Positions 13,208-26,649 of a DNA stretch of 64,000 nt are shown here, piece after piece. Made by a program: the position numbers and the translations under genes. The notes below the pieces were generated by a model. The model made no database searches. It had not been told where the DNA came from and was given only the letters and a program-made list of their open reading frames with translations. How positions within the stretch are numbered: position 1 is the first letter of the stretch; every line of letters begins with the position of its first letter. The stretch comes from the human T2T-CHM13v2.0 reference genome, Homo sapiens. Location: assembly GCF_009914755.1 (NCBI RefSeq), contig NC_060926.1. One strand, 5' to 3'.

Positions 13208-13370
13208 ACTACAATTCCCAGAGGTCCCCGGACTCAAGGGCGGTCCCCGCCCCCCGCCTTCTCCGCGCGACGAAGCCGGGCTTACCAATGGGAGCCCGGA
13301 GTGGGGCGAGCAGGGGCGGGACGGGGCGGGACTGCGGGGAGGTGGCCGGCGGGCCGCGCCGCGAGCCAGT
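13208..13370 (+). promoter_or_regulatory. ARID5A: ARID5A core promoter (TATA-less)
   Basis: ACTACAATTCCCAGA (ZNF143/THAP11-type motif) 13208-13222; CCAAT 13285-13289; GGGGCGGG GC boxes 13313-13320 and 13323-13330; Inr-like CCAGT near 13368 (TSS inferred). Confidence 0.75.
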
Positions 13371-13445
13371 ATCTCAGAGAGCGCGGGGTCCGGACAGCCG
13401 CGCGCTGAGGGTCTCGGGGCGGGCGCCGCGGGACCTCTCCGGGCC

Positions 13446-13449
13446 ATGG
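13446..13449 (+). CDS. ARID5A: ARID5A coding exon 1 (ATGG only)
   Basis: Strong Kozak gccATGg followed by donor GTAAGC at 13450; joins exon 2 in phase to give M-A-A-P-V-K. Confidence 0.9.
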
Positions 13450-16400
13450 GTAAGCGGCTCTGCGGCGCGGCCCGGACAGGGGCTCGGCGGCCCTGCAGGG
13501 AGGTTCAAGGTGCCGGCGCCGGGTCCCCTCCAGCCCTCGTGGCAGTCGGTGCGCTGTGTGGGGCGGAGAGGGGCCCGGGGTGGGTTTCGGGGCGCGGGCC
13601 AAGGGGAGCGAGCCCGGCCCGCGGCTTCAGCGCTCCCCGGCCGGCGCGGAAGGGGTGAGGCTGGGCGTCCGCGCGAGCTTCGAGAAAAGGAAAGACAAAA
13701 AGTTTTGGCGGCCAGGGGCTTCCCGGGCGTTTATCTCGAAACTCTTTTCGCCGTCTCTTGCCTGAAATATGCCGAGCCCGGTACGGCTCTGTCGTCCCAC
13801 TTCCTGCTGCGGTTTCCACCTCGAGCTGGGCTCAGCTAATTTGTTGTGACAGCTGTCGGCAGCCGCCCCTCCGCCCCGTGACATCCCGCAGGTTTCAGAA
13901 CCGCGGCGCCGCCGGGCACAGACTCCGGGTCCAGAGCGCGCGGCCCTTTCCTCTGCGGCCGCCGTTTCCTGAAAGGGGCTGCGCGGGTGTGAAGAACTTG
14001 CTCAATGCGCTTTGTAGGATCCACTGTTCCTCTTTCGGCCGCGGGCTGCGCCGATGGTCCGGGGAGCCCGGCTTCTCGCCCCCTGCCCCTTCCTTCTCTT
14101 CCCTTTTCTCTTTTCCTCTCCTGTCTCTCCGCCCACCCGCCGCAGCCCCACAGGAGAGGGGTCGCTTCCCTGGTTGCTCTCCTCTCCTGTCCCTTGTGTG
14201 TCCCCTTGTCTTCCCTCGGTCTGCAGAAGGGACGGGGTGGCGGCTGGGGAGCGTCAGGGGAAGAGGGCAAGAGCGTGGGCTACGAGCTTGCAGGCGATGC
14301 CCGGCTTCGCGCTCGGCGGGAGCTGCGGGCCAACCCGGGCCCGCGCTCCGTCCCTCCGCGGTGTCTAGGGGTCGCCCGGGCTGGGGTCGCGTCACCCTCC
14401 GCCCAGCGCCGGCGTGGTGGGGCTTGCGCGGTGCAGGACCCCCGAGGGCCCAGGGGGTCCCAAGGCGCTGCGGGTCCAGTGTCCCTTTGTTTGCAGAGTC
14501 TTGGGCCAGTAAGGAGTGCTCCGCGGGCCCCAGGGGAGGACAACAGGTGCCTCTTGCCCCACCCGGGCTCCTCTGGTGGGAGCCCACACGCACGGTGGCG
14601 TCACTGCGCCTACAGGCAACGCTAGAGCACAGGAGGGGTGGGAGGTCGGGGCTCGAGGGCTTCACCCCGCAGCAGAGCTCAGAGCCCAATCCAGGCCTTA
14701 GGGACCCGCCTGGGGCCTAGAACTTGGTGTGGCAGAGGTAGAAAGGGCCTCCGATAATCTGCTTCTACAGTTGAGAGACGTCAACTGGCACCTCTGAGCC
14801 TCTGCCCCGTAGGTGAAATGGGAACACACGAAACCATCTGAGGAGCTCTCACTGTCCGTCACCACCAAATGTGGCCCAGACTCCGTGGGGAGGGACAGTC
14901 CCATCCTGGAACTGGGGCTTTTAGGACATCCCAGAGCCCGGTAAGAGGGACAGGGAGAATGGGGCTTGGAAGTTGGTAGCCTCACATTCAGTGTCCCCCG
15001 CACCTCCTTCCCTTTCTGTACCCTCTGGTGGCTCTTGTGGCCTCAGCTGCCCCCAGACCCTGTCTCTCTCGCCCTCCCCCAAGCTGAGGTACTGAGGTTG
15101 GGCTGTGGCTTGAGCTGCACCTGTGCCCTGTTAGGGAGTGGGGGTCCCAGGCCCATCGCGTTTCTTCTCACTGCTGGCTCCAGCTCAACACTTGGCAGGC
15201 CCCCCTCCCCAAACTGCTGGAGCAAGCTCGCGTAGACTCGGCCTGGCCGCCGCTCCCGGGCTGCCGAGTGGACCGGCCGTTTCGCCGCTTCAAAGGCTGT
15301 CTTTGTTTTGCTCCAGCTCAAGCTTAGAGAAACTTAAGCCAACAACCTCAGCCGAGGGGGCGGGGCGGCGTCTGCTGGTTGTTATTGAGGCTGCTGTTAC
15401 CATTATTGTGGTAATTGACGCAGTGTTCCCAGTCGGTGACTTTTCATGAAAGGAAGTGTCACTTCCTTCCCATCACACCCAGGGTGAGTGGGGCGGGCAG
15501 CAGAAAGATGGGGAGGGAGAGAAGGAAAGGGGTGTGTGCCTCCAGCAGACCCTTAAACTTGAGAGCTGTGTGGCCTTGTACTAGTCACTGCCCCTCTCTG
15601 GGCAACAGGGGTCTGTAAGTCCATTGCGCTCATCCTGCACCCAGGAGGCTGATGTTTCCGGAGCACCTGCTGGGCAGCGAGGTGCCTTGGGGAGGGAGCA
15701 GGACAGGCAGGCCTCTGATCTTCTCACTGAGCCTGGCTGTGGTTTGTGGGGGAAGCCTCCTTTCTCTTCTCACTTTTTTCTGCTGAGAACATTGGGCACA
15801 TTGAGTCTAGCACGCCCATCTTGTAGATGGGGAAAGGGAGATACAGAACCAGTGACCAACTTGGTAAGAGGTGCAGCCATGCAGTGCTGGAACCCCTTGC
15901 CCCATCTGTCCTCTTGGCCCACTTTCATCTGCTTCCAGCTTGATGTCTGGCAGGGCAGGGGCCCACTGACTTCCCCGCATCCACCCACTGCCTGGCCCCA
16001 TAGCTACCTTCTAGTCCTGGCTAAGCCCCGTGAGACATCTTAAGTTTGTCTTCAGTGACTCTCAACCACCGCCCGACTGCCTTCACCTTCCTGCCTTTGC
16101 ATACCTGCCTTTGCTTCGCCAGGTTGGTTGGGCCCTGGCCAGAGCTGGCCCCCTACTCTCTCAGGTAACAGGTAGCAGTTTTTTAAATGGAATCTCAGTA
16201 GGTATCAACAGGTCTTTCCTCCTTCCTCAAGATTATGGAGATAACACCCCTTATTCAAAGATGGTGGGTCCTCTGGGCCCTCCCCGACCCAGGCCAGGGA
16301 AGTTGATTCATAGAGTGTGGGGGCCATGCCCCTTCCCGGCCCTCCCCCTCTCCCCGCTGCTGCCCAGCTCTCTGACCAGCCCCCTCCCATCCCTGAGCCT

Positions 16401-16589
16401 GGATGCCTTAGCAGTCAACACAGACCTGCTCTTGTTAGCAGAGTGACAGGAGCGATGTGCTGGGAAACTGCACATCTACTTGGGGAAAGGGGACAAGTTT
16501 GCATCCTCTGAGCACAGATAAGGAACTTGAGGTCTCCCTGCTCCCATTAGAAAGAAAAAAATCTCTAGCTCTCAGGGATCAGCGTCTCT

Positions 16590-16700
16590 CAGGAGTCAGA
16601 CTACCCTGGTTCTGAATCCCAGTTCTGCCATGGATAAGCTCTGTGGCCCCAGGCAAGTTACTGAACCTCTCTGAGCCTCAGACATTATATCTGTTATATC
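16590..16700 (+). mobile_element. MIR fragment
   Basis: GGCAAGTTACTGAACCTCTCTGAGCCTCAG core. Confidence 0.75.
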
Positions 16701-17272
16701 TGGATGGCTGGGAAGATTCAGCAATGCAATGTTGTATGAGATGCCTAGCCCACACCAGCCAGGGCACTGATTTGAGTCGGTGGAGCATGTAACTTGAGAA
16801 CAAGTAGACCTATGGGAGCATCCTCTACTGGAGGCAGTGACAGACTAACATCTTCAGTGCTGGAGTTTTAGGATCTGGGAGTTGAGCTTGACTCAGACAG
16901 GAGCTATGGAGTTGGAAAGAAATCAGACTCATAGCACAGGAAGAGCCTCAGGCAATCCTCCTGCCCAGCACCCTGCCGCACCCCCTCTCTGCTTAGTAAG
17001 GGACTGGGTCACTAGGAGCCCAGGCTCATCTTCTGGCGCAGCCACCTAGCCTGCCTCGGCCCTCTTCCCAGCAGTGAAATGAGGAAATCGCAGGGGGGCT
17101 TTTGTGGAGTGAACTACTGTTATCAGGGTTTTTCTAACACCATTTTCTAGCTGCACAAAACTCAAGGAACAAACTAGGAATAAACCTCCCCAAGAAAGCA
17201 CAGGGGCTTTTTAAGAAGGAACTTCTGAGGACTGCAGAGGGAAACCTGAATTATGGAGACACATGGTCCTGA

Positions 17273-17919
<647 letters not shown>

Positions 17920-20900
17920 GTTTTTGTTTTTGTTTTTTTTTAAAGGGAATGTAACAGAATTATCCCAAAGTTCAAATGGAATATTTTTAAAAGATGAGTA
18001 ATATTGGGCAACTTGCCCTCTGGATAGTAAGTTGTTTTATAAAGCTACAAAAATTAAAACAGTGTGCACAGGTCCTAGCATCCCACTGTGGATGAGACAG
18101 AATAGAAAGTCCAGAAATAGTCCCAGATGTGTTCCTTATAAGCACTGACATTATGGGGAAAGTAGCATTTTACACCATTGGAGGAGGAGGCTACTCACTG
18201 GGGCCCCCAACCAATGAGGGGAAAGTATGGCTAGGATCCCTATTTCATCCTGTATACTGGAATAGATTCCAGATGTGTTACAAGTGAGTAATGAGACAAT
18301 AATCACCATCATCATCATTATTGCTTGCTGGATGGAGAAAGGTGAAGTCTGGATGACATTCTTATGGAGAGCAGTTTTCTTTTTTGCATTTGATCCCCCA
18401 CTTCTGTTACAAATAAAACATGTAAGGCATTGTGCCAGAAAAGAATCTGCACACACAGGCTGGGAACAAGGCAGTAGTGCGGTGGCTCACAGCAGCAGCA
18501 GCAGCTATCAGGGGCAAGTGGGTTTCTCCTGCCTCTGTGGGCTGAGTGGGGCTGGGAGACGGGGCCTCCAGCTCCATAAGCCTTTTCCCTCCTCCACAGA
18601 GCCAGGAGAGGGCCCACCCCACCACGCAGGTCCTGCCTGCCTGGCTCCCAGCTCTCTACCTCCCAACGCTGGACCTGCATGGCCCAACATCTATGGCAGC
18701 GGGTTTCAAGCTTATTTTTTATAGCAGAACCCCTTTTACAAATATAACCCTGATCTGTGAATGATCAGGGAAAGGGAGGGATTAGGGCAGCCAGGGACAA
18801 GACAGAGGGCACCCTGGAGACCAAGGGGGAGAGGACTCTCCCTTCTTGCTCATCTAATGCTGCAGAAGAGGGGGCCCAAAGGCCTGCAACCCAGAGGGCC
18901 CTGGCAGGACAGAGCACTAACCCTGAGAATGGAGACCGAGTTCATCTGGGGACTCAGCTGGACACAGAGATAGAATGTTTCCCTTTGTGGCTTAAGGCGA
19001 ACAGCTCTAATCCCTTTCCCATCTGGGGTTAAACAGCTCGGATTGGTGACCTCCTTTCCAGGTAACACGAGCACCCAACTCCAGGAGATTTTCCCCTGGT
19101 GTGGTCCAGGCAGAGCTTGCAAACTCTGAACCATGCAGAAGGGACTAGGGCCCCTCTCGCCCTGTGGCTCACAACCTGGCTGCCCACTGGGATGCCCTGG
19201 GGAGCTTTAAACCCTGCTGCCCCACCTTGGACCTTAAATCAGACTCTGAGGATGGGGCCGGAGCATTATGCTCCTCCAGGTGATTCTGATGGGCCCTGTC
19301 TAACCACTGTATTTTTCTGAAGCCCAAGGTGCAGCGACTTGCCAAGGGTCACATAGCAAGTCTGTGACTTAAGAAGCCCCAGTCACACCAAGGAAGACAT
19401 GGAGAGGGTCTGTCGATGCTGAGGCTCTGGGGCAGCAGGAATGAGGGGAGGGGATGTGTGAGCTGAGGGTAGCAGGCAGTGGGAGAAGAGCCAGTGGAGG
19501 AGGTGCTTCTGGACCTGGAAGACTTCAGGAATTCACGGATAGCTAGCAAAGAACTCAAGGATCTTCCTCTCCCATTTCATAGCAGGGAAGACTGAAGCAC
19601 AGAGTCACAGAGGACTTGGTTGGAAAGGCATCAGTCTGCTGGGTCACTTGTTAGTACCCAGGATTTCTGGAGACTGGTGGGTCAGAGGCTAGCCCAAGAG
19701 GGTGGCCCTGGTCTCTTTCTCTTTGACAAGCCTTAGGACTGGTTTCTCTCCAGGCTTACTTGGACTCTTCATGAAGGCCTTGCAAATGTTGATAACCACA
19801 GCAGCCACTGGACCAGAATCAGACTTTGTTTTGAATCCTGGTCCCCCAGGGAGGCAAGCAACTTACCCATAACCATTCTGGCTTCAGATTCCCCCTCTTT
19901 AAAATGGAATTCCTCCGGGACTGAGGGAGAGAATGTACAGGCACACCTTGCTCTATCATGCTTTGCTTTATTGTACTTCACAAATACAGCATTTTTTACT
20001 CATTGAAGGTTTGTGGCAACCCAGCATCGAGCAAGTCTATCGATGCCATTTTTTAACAGCACGTGCTCACTTTGTGTCTCGGTGTCACATTTTGGTGATT
20101 CTTACAACATTTCAAACTTTTTCATTATTATATCTGTTATGGTGATCTGTGATCAGTGATCTTTGATGTTCCTATTGTCATTGTTTTGGGGTACCATGAA
20201 CCCCACCCACAAAGACAGTGAACTAAATCGATAAATGTTGTGTGTGCTCCTCCTCCACCTGCTCCATCGACCAGCATTCCCCATCTCTCTTCCTCTCTTT
20301 CTCTTCTTTGGCCTCCCTGTTGCCTAAGGCACAACAATATTGAAACTGGGCCAATTAACAGTCCTACAATGGTCTTTAAGTGTTCAAGTGAAAGGAGGAG
20401 TTACAGGTCTTTACTTTTAAATAAAAAAACTAGAAATAATTAAACTTAGTGAGGAAGGCAGGTCGAAAGCCCAGATAGGCCGAAAGCTAGGCCTCTTGCA
20501 CCAGTTTGTCAAGTTGTGAATGCCAAGGAAAAGTTATTGAAGGAAATCAGAAGTGCTATTCCAGTGAACACGCATGGTAAAGCAAAACAGCCTTATTGCT
20601 GATAATGGAGAAAGTTTGAGAAGTCTGGATAGAAGATCCAACAAGCCATAACATTCCCTTAAGACAAAGCCTAATCCAGACCAAGGCTCTAAATCTCCAA
20701 TGCTGTGAAGGCTGAGAGAGGTGAGGAAGCTGCAGAAGAAAAGTTGGAAGCTAGCAGAGGTTGCTTCATGAGGTTTAAGGAAAGACGCCATCACCATCAC
20801 ATAAAAGTGCAAGGCGAATCAACCAGGGCTGGTGTAGAAGCTGCAGCAATTTATCCAGAAGATCCAGCTAAGATCACTGATGAAGGTGGCCACACTACCA

Positions 20901-21727
20901 CAGATTTTCCATGTAGATGAAACAGCTTTGTATCAGAAGAAGATGTCATCTAGGACTTTCATAGCTAAGGAGAAGTCAATGCATGGCTTCAAAAGACAGG
21001 CTGACTCTCTTGTTAGGGGCTAATGCAGCTGGTACTGGTGACTTTAAGTTGAAGCCTGTGCTCATTTATCATTCCAAAAAACCTAGAACCTTTAAGAATT
21101 ATGCTAAATCTACTCACTCTGTGTTCTAAAAATGAAATAACAAAGCCTGGATGACAGCACATCTGTTTATAACATGGTTTACTGAGTATTTTAAGCCAAC
21201 TGTTGAGACCTACTGCTCAGAAAAAAGGATTCCTTTCAAAATATTATTGTTCATTGACAAGGCAACCGGTCATGCAAGAGCGCTGATGAAAATGTACCAG
21301 GAGCTGCATGTTGTTTTCATGCCTACTAGCACAACATTTATTCTAGAGCCAAGGATCAAGGAGTAATTTTAAGTTTCAAGTCTTATTATTTAAGAAATAC
21401 ATTTTGTAAGACTGTAGCTGCCATAGATAGTGATTCCTCTGATGGGCAAAATACATTGAAAACCTCCGGAGAGCATTTCAGGTACATTTGTGGTTCGTGG
21501 GAGGAGGTCAAAATATCCAAGCATTTGGGAGAATTTGATTCCAACCTTCCTGGATGACTTTGAGGGCTTCAAGACTTCAGTGGAGAAGACACTGCAGATG
21601 CAGTGGAACCAGCAAGAGAACTAGAGTTAGAAAGCAGAGCTTGAGGATGAGACTGAATTGCTGCAATCTCATGATCAAACTTGAGTGGATGAGGAGTTGC
21701 TTTTTATGGGTGGGCAAAGAAAGTGAC

Positions 21728-22070
21728 TTTTTTTCTTCTTTTTTTTTCTTTCCTTTTCTTTTCTTTTTCTTTTTCTTTTTTTTTTTTTTTTTTGAGACAG
21801 AGTCTTGTTCCATCGCCCAGACTGGAGTACAGTGGAGTAATCTCAGCTCACTGCAGCCTCCGCCTCCTAGGTTCAAAGGATTCTCCTGCCTCAGCCTCCT
21901 GAGTTGCTGGGACTACTGGGACCTGCCACCACACCCAGCTGACTTTTGTGTTTTTAGTAGAGACAGGGTTTCGCCACGTTGGCCAGGCTGGTCTCAAACT
22001 TCTGACCTCAGGTGATCCACCCACCTTGGCCCCCAAAGTGCTGGGATTACAGGCGTGAGCCACCGCGCCC
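21728..22070 (-). mobile_element. Alu inserted in Tigger1
   Basis: Reverse Alu; TSD-like AAAGTGACTT / AAAGTGGCTT. Confidence 0.93.
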
Positions 22071-22293
22071 ATCCTAAAGTGGCTTCTTGAGGTGGAATCT
22101 ACTGGCGAAGATGCTGTGAACATTGTCAAAATGACAACAAAGGATTTAGAATGTTACAGAAACTTAGTTGATAAAGCAGCAGCAGGGTTTGAGAGGAGGG
22201 ACATCAGTTTTGAAAGTTTTGCTGTGGATAAAATGCTGTCAAAAATAGCATCACATGCATGCCATGGAGAAGTCTTTCATGAAAGGAAGAGTT

Positions 22294-22607
<314 letters not shown>

Positions 22608-23772
22608 TCATTGTTGTCTTATTTTAAGAAATTGCCACAGTCACCCCAGCCCAAGAAACCACCACCCTGAAATCAGTCAGCAGCCATCAACATGGAGGGA
22701 AGACATAAGAACACCTACCAAAGCAGGACCACTCAGTGGCCAAGGATTCTACCCTGTGCCTCTGAGTACCACTGGCCCCTGGCTTACGCTGGTTTGGGTT
22801 TCTTGTTCCTGAGGAGATTCTTTTTCTGTCTGGGATGGAAGGGAAATCTCATAGGTTCCTAACAATAAGGATGTCCTGGGAGGGAGTGAACCAATTCATA
22901 CTTGATTAACAAAAGAACAAAGGACAGAAAGAAAAGGTTGTCAGAAGATGTGGGTTCCTGGTCTGGTATCTGCTGCCAGCCTGCTGTGTGGCCTCAGGCA
23001 GTTTCCAGTGGTTGTGGTTTTTGCAGTGGCAGAGGTGTTGCGTTTTTGCAACCATCAGCACATGGTGGTTCTTAGTAAAATACAGCCCATGGCTTCTCCT
23101 GCCCACCACGCAGGGTTGTTGTGAGCCTTGCTCATTCCAGCTTGGCACCTGCTGTGTGGGGTATGGGAAGCCTCACCGAACTATCAGGGAGCCCCAGGAG
23201 CCACAGGCAGTTCAGCCAGGATGGCTGTGAGTAGCCTAGGGCGAGGGAGGAGCTGCCCGTGGCCAGGGGCCAGAGGAGGCCACCCAGAGGAAGGCACTTG
23301 TCAGCAGAGACCTGAGGGGTCACCAGGACCCTTGTAGGTGAGGAGAGCATGTGGCCTTATTAGGGCAGTTAGAACTCTGCAGATGCTCAGGGAAAGGTCA
23401 GATATTCCTGAATATTCCCAGAGGAACTACTACCCAGGGACCCCTGTGTTGCTTTGGGGCCACAGCCATGGGATCCTTTAGCTCTCCAGTGAGACTAAGC
23501 TGCTTCTCAACTCTGTGTCTGAGCATGGGGCAGATTTTGGAGACAGGATTTCCCCAAGCACCACAGCCCAACCCCGGCCTCCTGTGACTTGACCTCAAGG
23601 TGGTTTTGCGTTTCCTTCAAAGATGTGGGGAGATAGTTGGAGCAGAGGAAAGAAAAGGGACAGGTGTGGAGCGGATGCAGCGGGTTGTCGGGGAGCGGGG
23701 AGGAGGGCCTGTGTGTGTGTGTGCATGTAGCCTATGTGCAGCCAGGGACACACCCCTTCCCCCTGGCCAATT

Positions 23773-23907
23773 CTTTTTTTTTTTTTAATAATAGAGACGG
23801 GGTCTCACTACGTTGCCCAGACAGGTCTTGAACTCCTGACCTCAGGTCATCGCCTGCCTGGGCCTCCCAAAGTGCTGGGATCACAGGAGTGAGCCCCTGC
23901 ACTGGCG
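23773..23907 (-). mobile_element. Alu monomer (FLAM-like)
   Basis: Poly-T followed by AGAGACGGGGTCTCACTACGTTGCCCAG...CCCAAAGTGCTGGGA. Confidence 0.85.
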
Positions 23908-24020
23908 CCCTCTGGCAACTCCAATTGGGAGTAGGGAGAGTGCTCCTGTTCCTCCCTGCTTGCATCTCATATGCTCTCTCCCCACCCCTTCCTCCTTACT
24001 CCTTCCCTCTCTCCTTGCAG

Positions 24021-24136
24021 CAGCCCCTGTCAAAGGGAACAGGAAGCAGTCCACGGAGGGTGACGCCCTAGACCCACCTGCATCCCCCAAACCTGCTGGC
24101 AAGCAGAACGGAATCCAGAACCCCATCTCGCTGGAG
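24021..24136 (+). CDS. ARID5A: ARID5A coding exon 2
   Basis: Pyrimidine tract + TTGCAG acceptor; encodes (A)APVKGNRKQSTEGDALDPPASPKPAGKQNGIQNPISLE; donor GTGAGT. Confidence 0.93.
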
Positions 24137-24807
24137 GTGAGTTGACTCCCTCTGCTGACTCCCTGGGCACTCTTCCCTGCCACCCTCACCTGTGCTCCGC
24201 CTCCAGGTGAACCTGGACACTCCCCAAGCTCTCAGGAGGGAGATATGTTCCTACCCTGGCCCTGCCCAGCAGCCAGGGGACTTACTTGTCATCTGTGGCA
24301 GAGAGTTTCAATCTTGGTTTTTGTAGCAGAACCCTTTTTTGAAATGAAGATGACCTACCACCCTGATCCATTAAACAGACAAAAGCTCCAGCCCATGATG
24401 TAAAACCACATTCACATCCATTCATTCAGATGCATAACATGGGCGTATAAAGTCACTCGGTGAGACCAGCAAGACTGTTTCGATGAGCACAGAATCTGAA
24501 GGGGGAGCTGCAGGCAGCTTTTTCGGAGCACAGTCGGCCCCGGCTTTCATTCATTTTGGCCATTTGCTTTGGTGGCACAGTCTGGAAAAATATCCTGATT
24601 CATGCAGAAAAGTGGTTGCAAATGGTAGTTGTCTTTAGCAGCTTGCCAGGAATTCAGAATAGAGGCCTGGAGGAGCAGATTGACTTGAGCAGTTATGAGA
24701 GAGCCTTCCTTCTGAGGTCTGCACAGACCAGCCCCAGGGCCCCAGCATGTTATGATTTCATGGGTGATATGTGAGTTCCTATGTTGTTTCTTCTTAGAGG
24801 TCTTTAA

Positions 24808-25374
<567 letters not shown>

Positions 25375-25939
25375 TGACAGCAGTGCGCAATTGAAGCCCA
25401 GAGCTTCACCTCCCTGTGCTCAGCACGGCAGGCTGGGGCCACACAGAGGCTCGGGGAACATGGGCCTCACAGAGTAACCCCAGGGCACCAGAAAGCACCA
25501 AGCACCTTTGTTCCTTCAGCTTTTCCCTCTGCGGTTATGGGGGAGTCCCAGGGACACTGAGCCTGCCCTCCTGGAGTTCCTAGTCTGGCGGAGGAGCTGA
25601 CACAAATAGGACAAATCAAGAACAAGACAGAGAAGTGACCCTGGCCTGGAGAAGGCTGGGGACTGCTCTCGTGGCAGCCTCTGGAGCCAGCTGCTCTGGG
25701 GTACCCAGCCTCCGGGGAGGTCCTGGACTCTAGCTCCTGTCCTGGGGCGCTGAGAGCTGACACCTGTGTCTGCCGAACCCAGGAACAGTCACTCCCTCCC
25801 AGAACAGTGGCTAGGTGTTCTCTGGGAAACTGGGGTTGGGGTAGGTACCTTATTCCTCCTGCAGCCAGTGGTTTCTGCACATCCCCAGCAGCCAGCCACC
25901 AACTGGGGCCCATCCCAATGCCTCCTGTTCTCTCCCCAG

Positions 25940-26078
25940 GACTCCCCCGAGGCAGGCGGGGAGCGGGAGGAGGAGCAGGAGCGGGAGGAGGAGCAGGCCT
26001 TCCTGGTCAGCCTCTACAAGTTCATGAAGGAGCGACACACGCCCATCGAGAGGGTGCCCCATCTCGGCTTCAAGCAGA
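25940..26078 (+). CDS. ARID5A: ARID5A coding exon 3 (start of ARID domain)
   Basis: TCTCCCCAG acceptor; DSPEAGGEREEEQEREEEQAFLVSLYKFMKERHTPIERVPHLGFKQ; donor GTGCGT. Confidence 0.95.
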
Positions 26079-26371
26079 GTGCGTCCCTGGGGTGCAGGCA
26101 GGGAGGGGGGCCCAGCAGGGGACCCCGCCCAGGCAGGGCATCGGGCAGGCACTCCCACTCTGGGTGACCCAGGTTGCAGATAGAAAGGAGGCCTCCCTCC
26201 AGGCTGCCACTGGGCCAGGGGTGCACAGGGCACAGCCTGCCCGTCTATTGCAGTGGCCCTGGCTGGGTGTGTGCTGGTCTGTGCCTGGCCTGTCAGGGCA
26301 CCAGGAAGGGGTGGCATGCTGTCCCCACCTCCCACAGAGACTGACGGCCAGCCTGCTCTTCTCTCCCCCAG

Positions 26372-26424
26372 TTAACCTGTGGAAGATCTACAAAGCAGTG
26401 GAGAAGCTGGGGGCCTATGAGCTG
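26372..26424 (+). CDS. ARID5A: ARID5A coding exon 4 (ARID domain)
   Basis: CTCTCCCCCAG acceptor; (I)NLWKIYKAVEKLGAYEL; donor GTAAGG. Confidence 0.95.
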
Positions 26425-26649
26425 GTAAGGAAGGCACCTCCCAGTCCTTGCCAAACTGCATATCCCTGGGGTGAGCCTGCAGCGCTGTCCTTGCCTCTGG
26501 ACAGAGGAAGAGCCAGGATCCCCAGTCCTACCCCTGCGTCCCTGCCTCCCTGCCTTCCCCGCTGGTACTCTGCTGCTCAAAGCAGCTTTTCAGCCTTCCC
26601 CATCTGTTCTGCCCGCCCCGTGTTGGGAAAACTGCTTGGGCCAGCAGTC

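Larger units (their letters stand above)
13190..14650. promoter_or_regulatory. CpG island spanning the ARID5A promoter, exon 1 and start of intron 1
   Basis: Very high GC and CpG density around the first exon. Confidence 0.9.

Noticed and set aside
13153-14720. Long ORFs (228, 320, 264 and 206 aa) over the promoter
   Set aside because: Stop-codon scarcity in a CpG island; open in several frames at once
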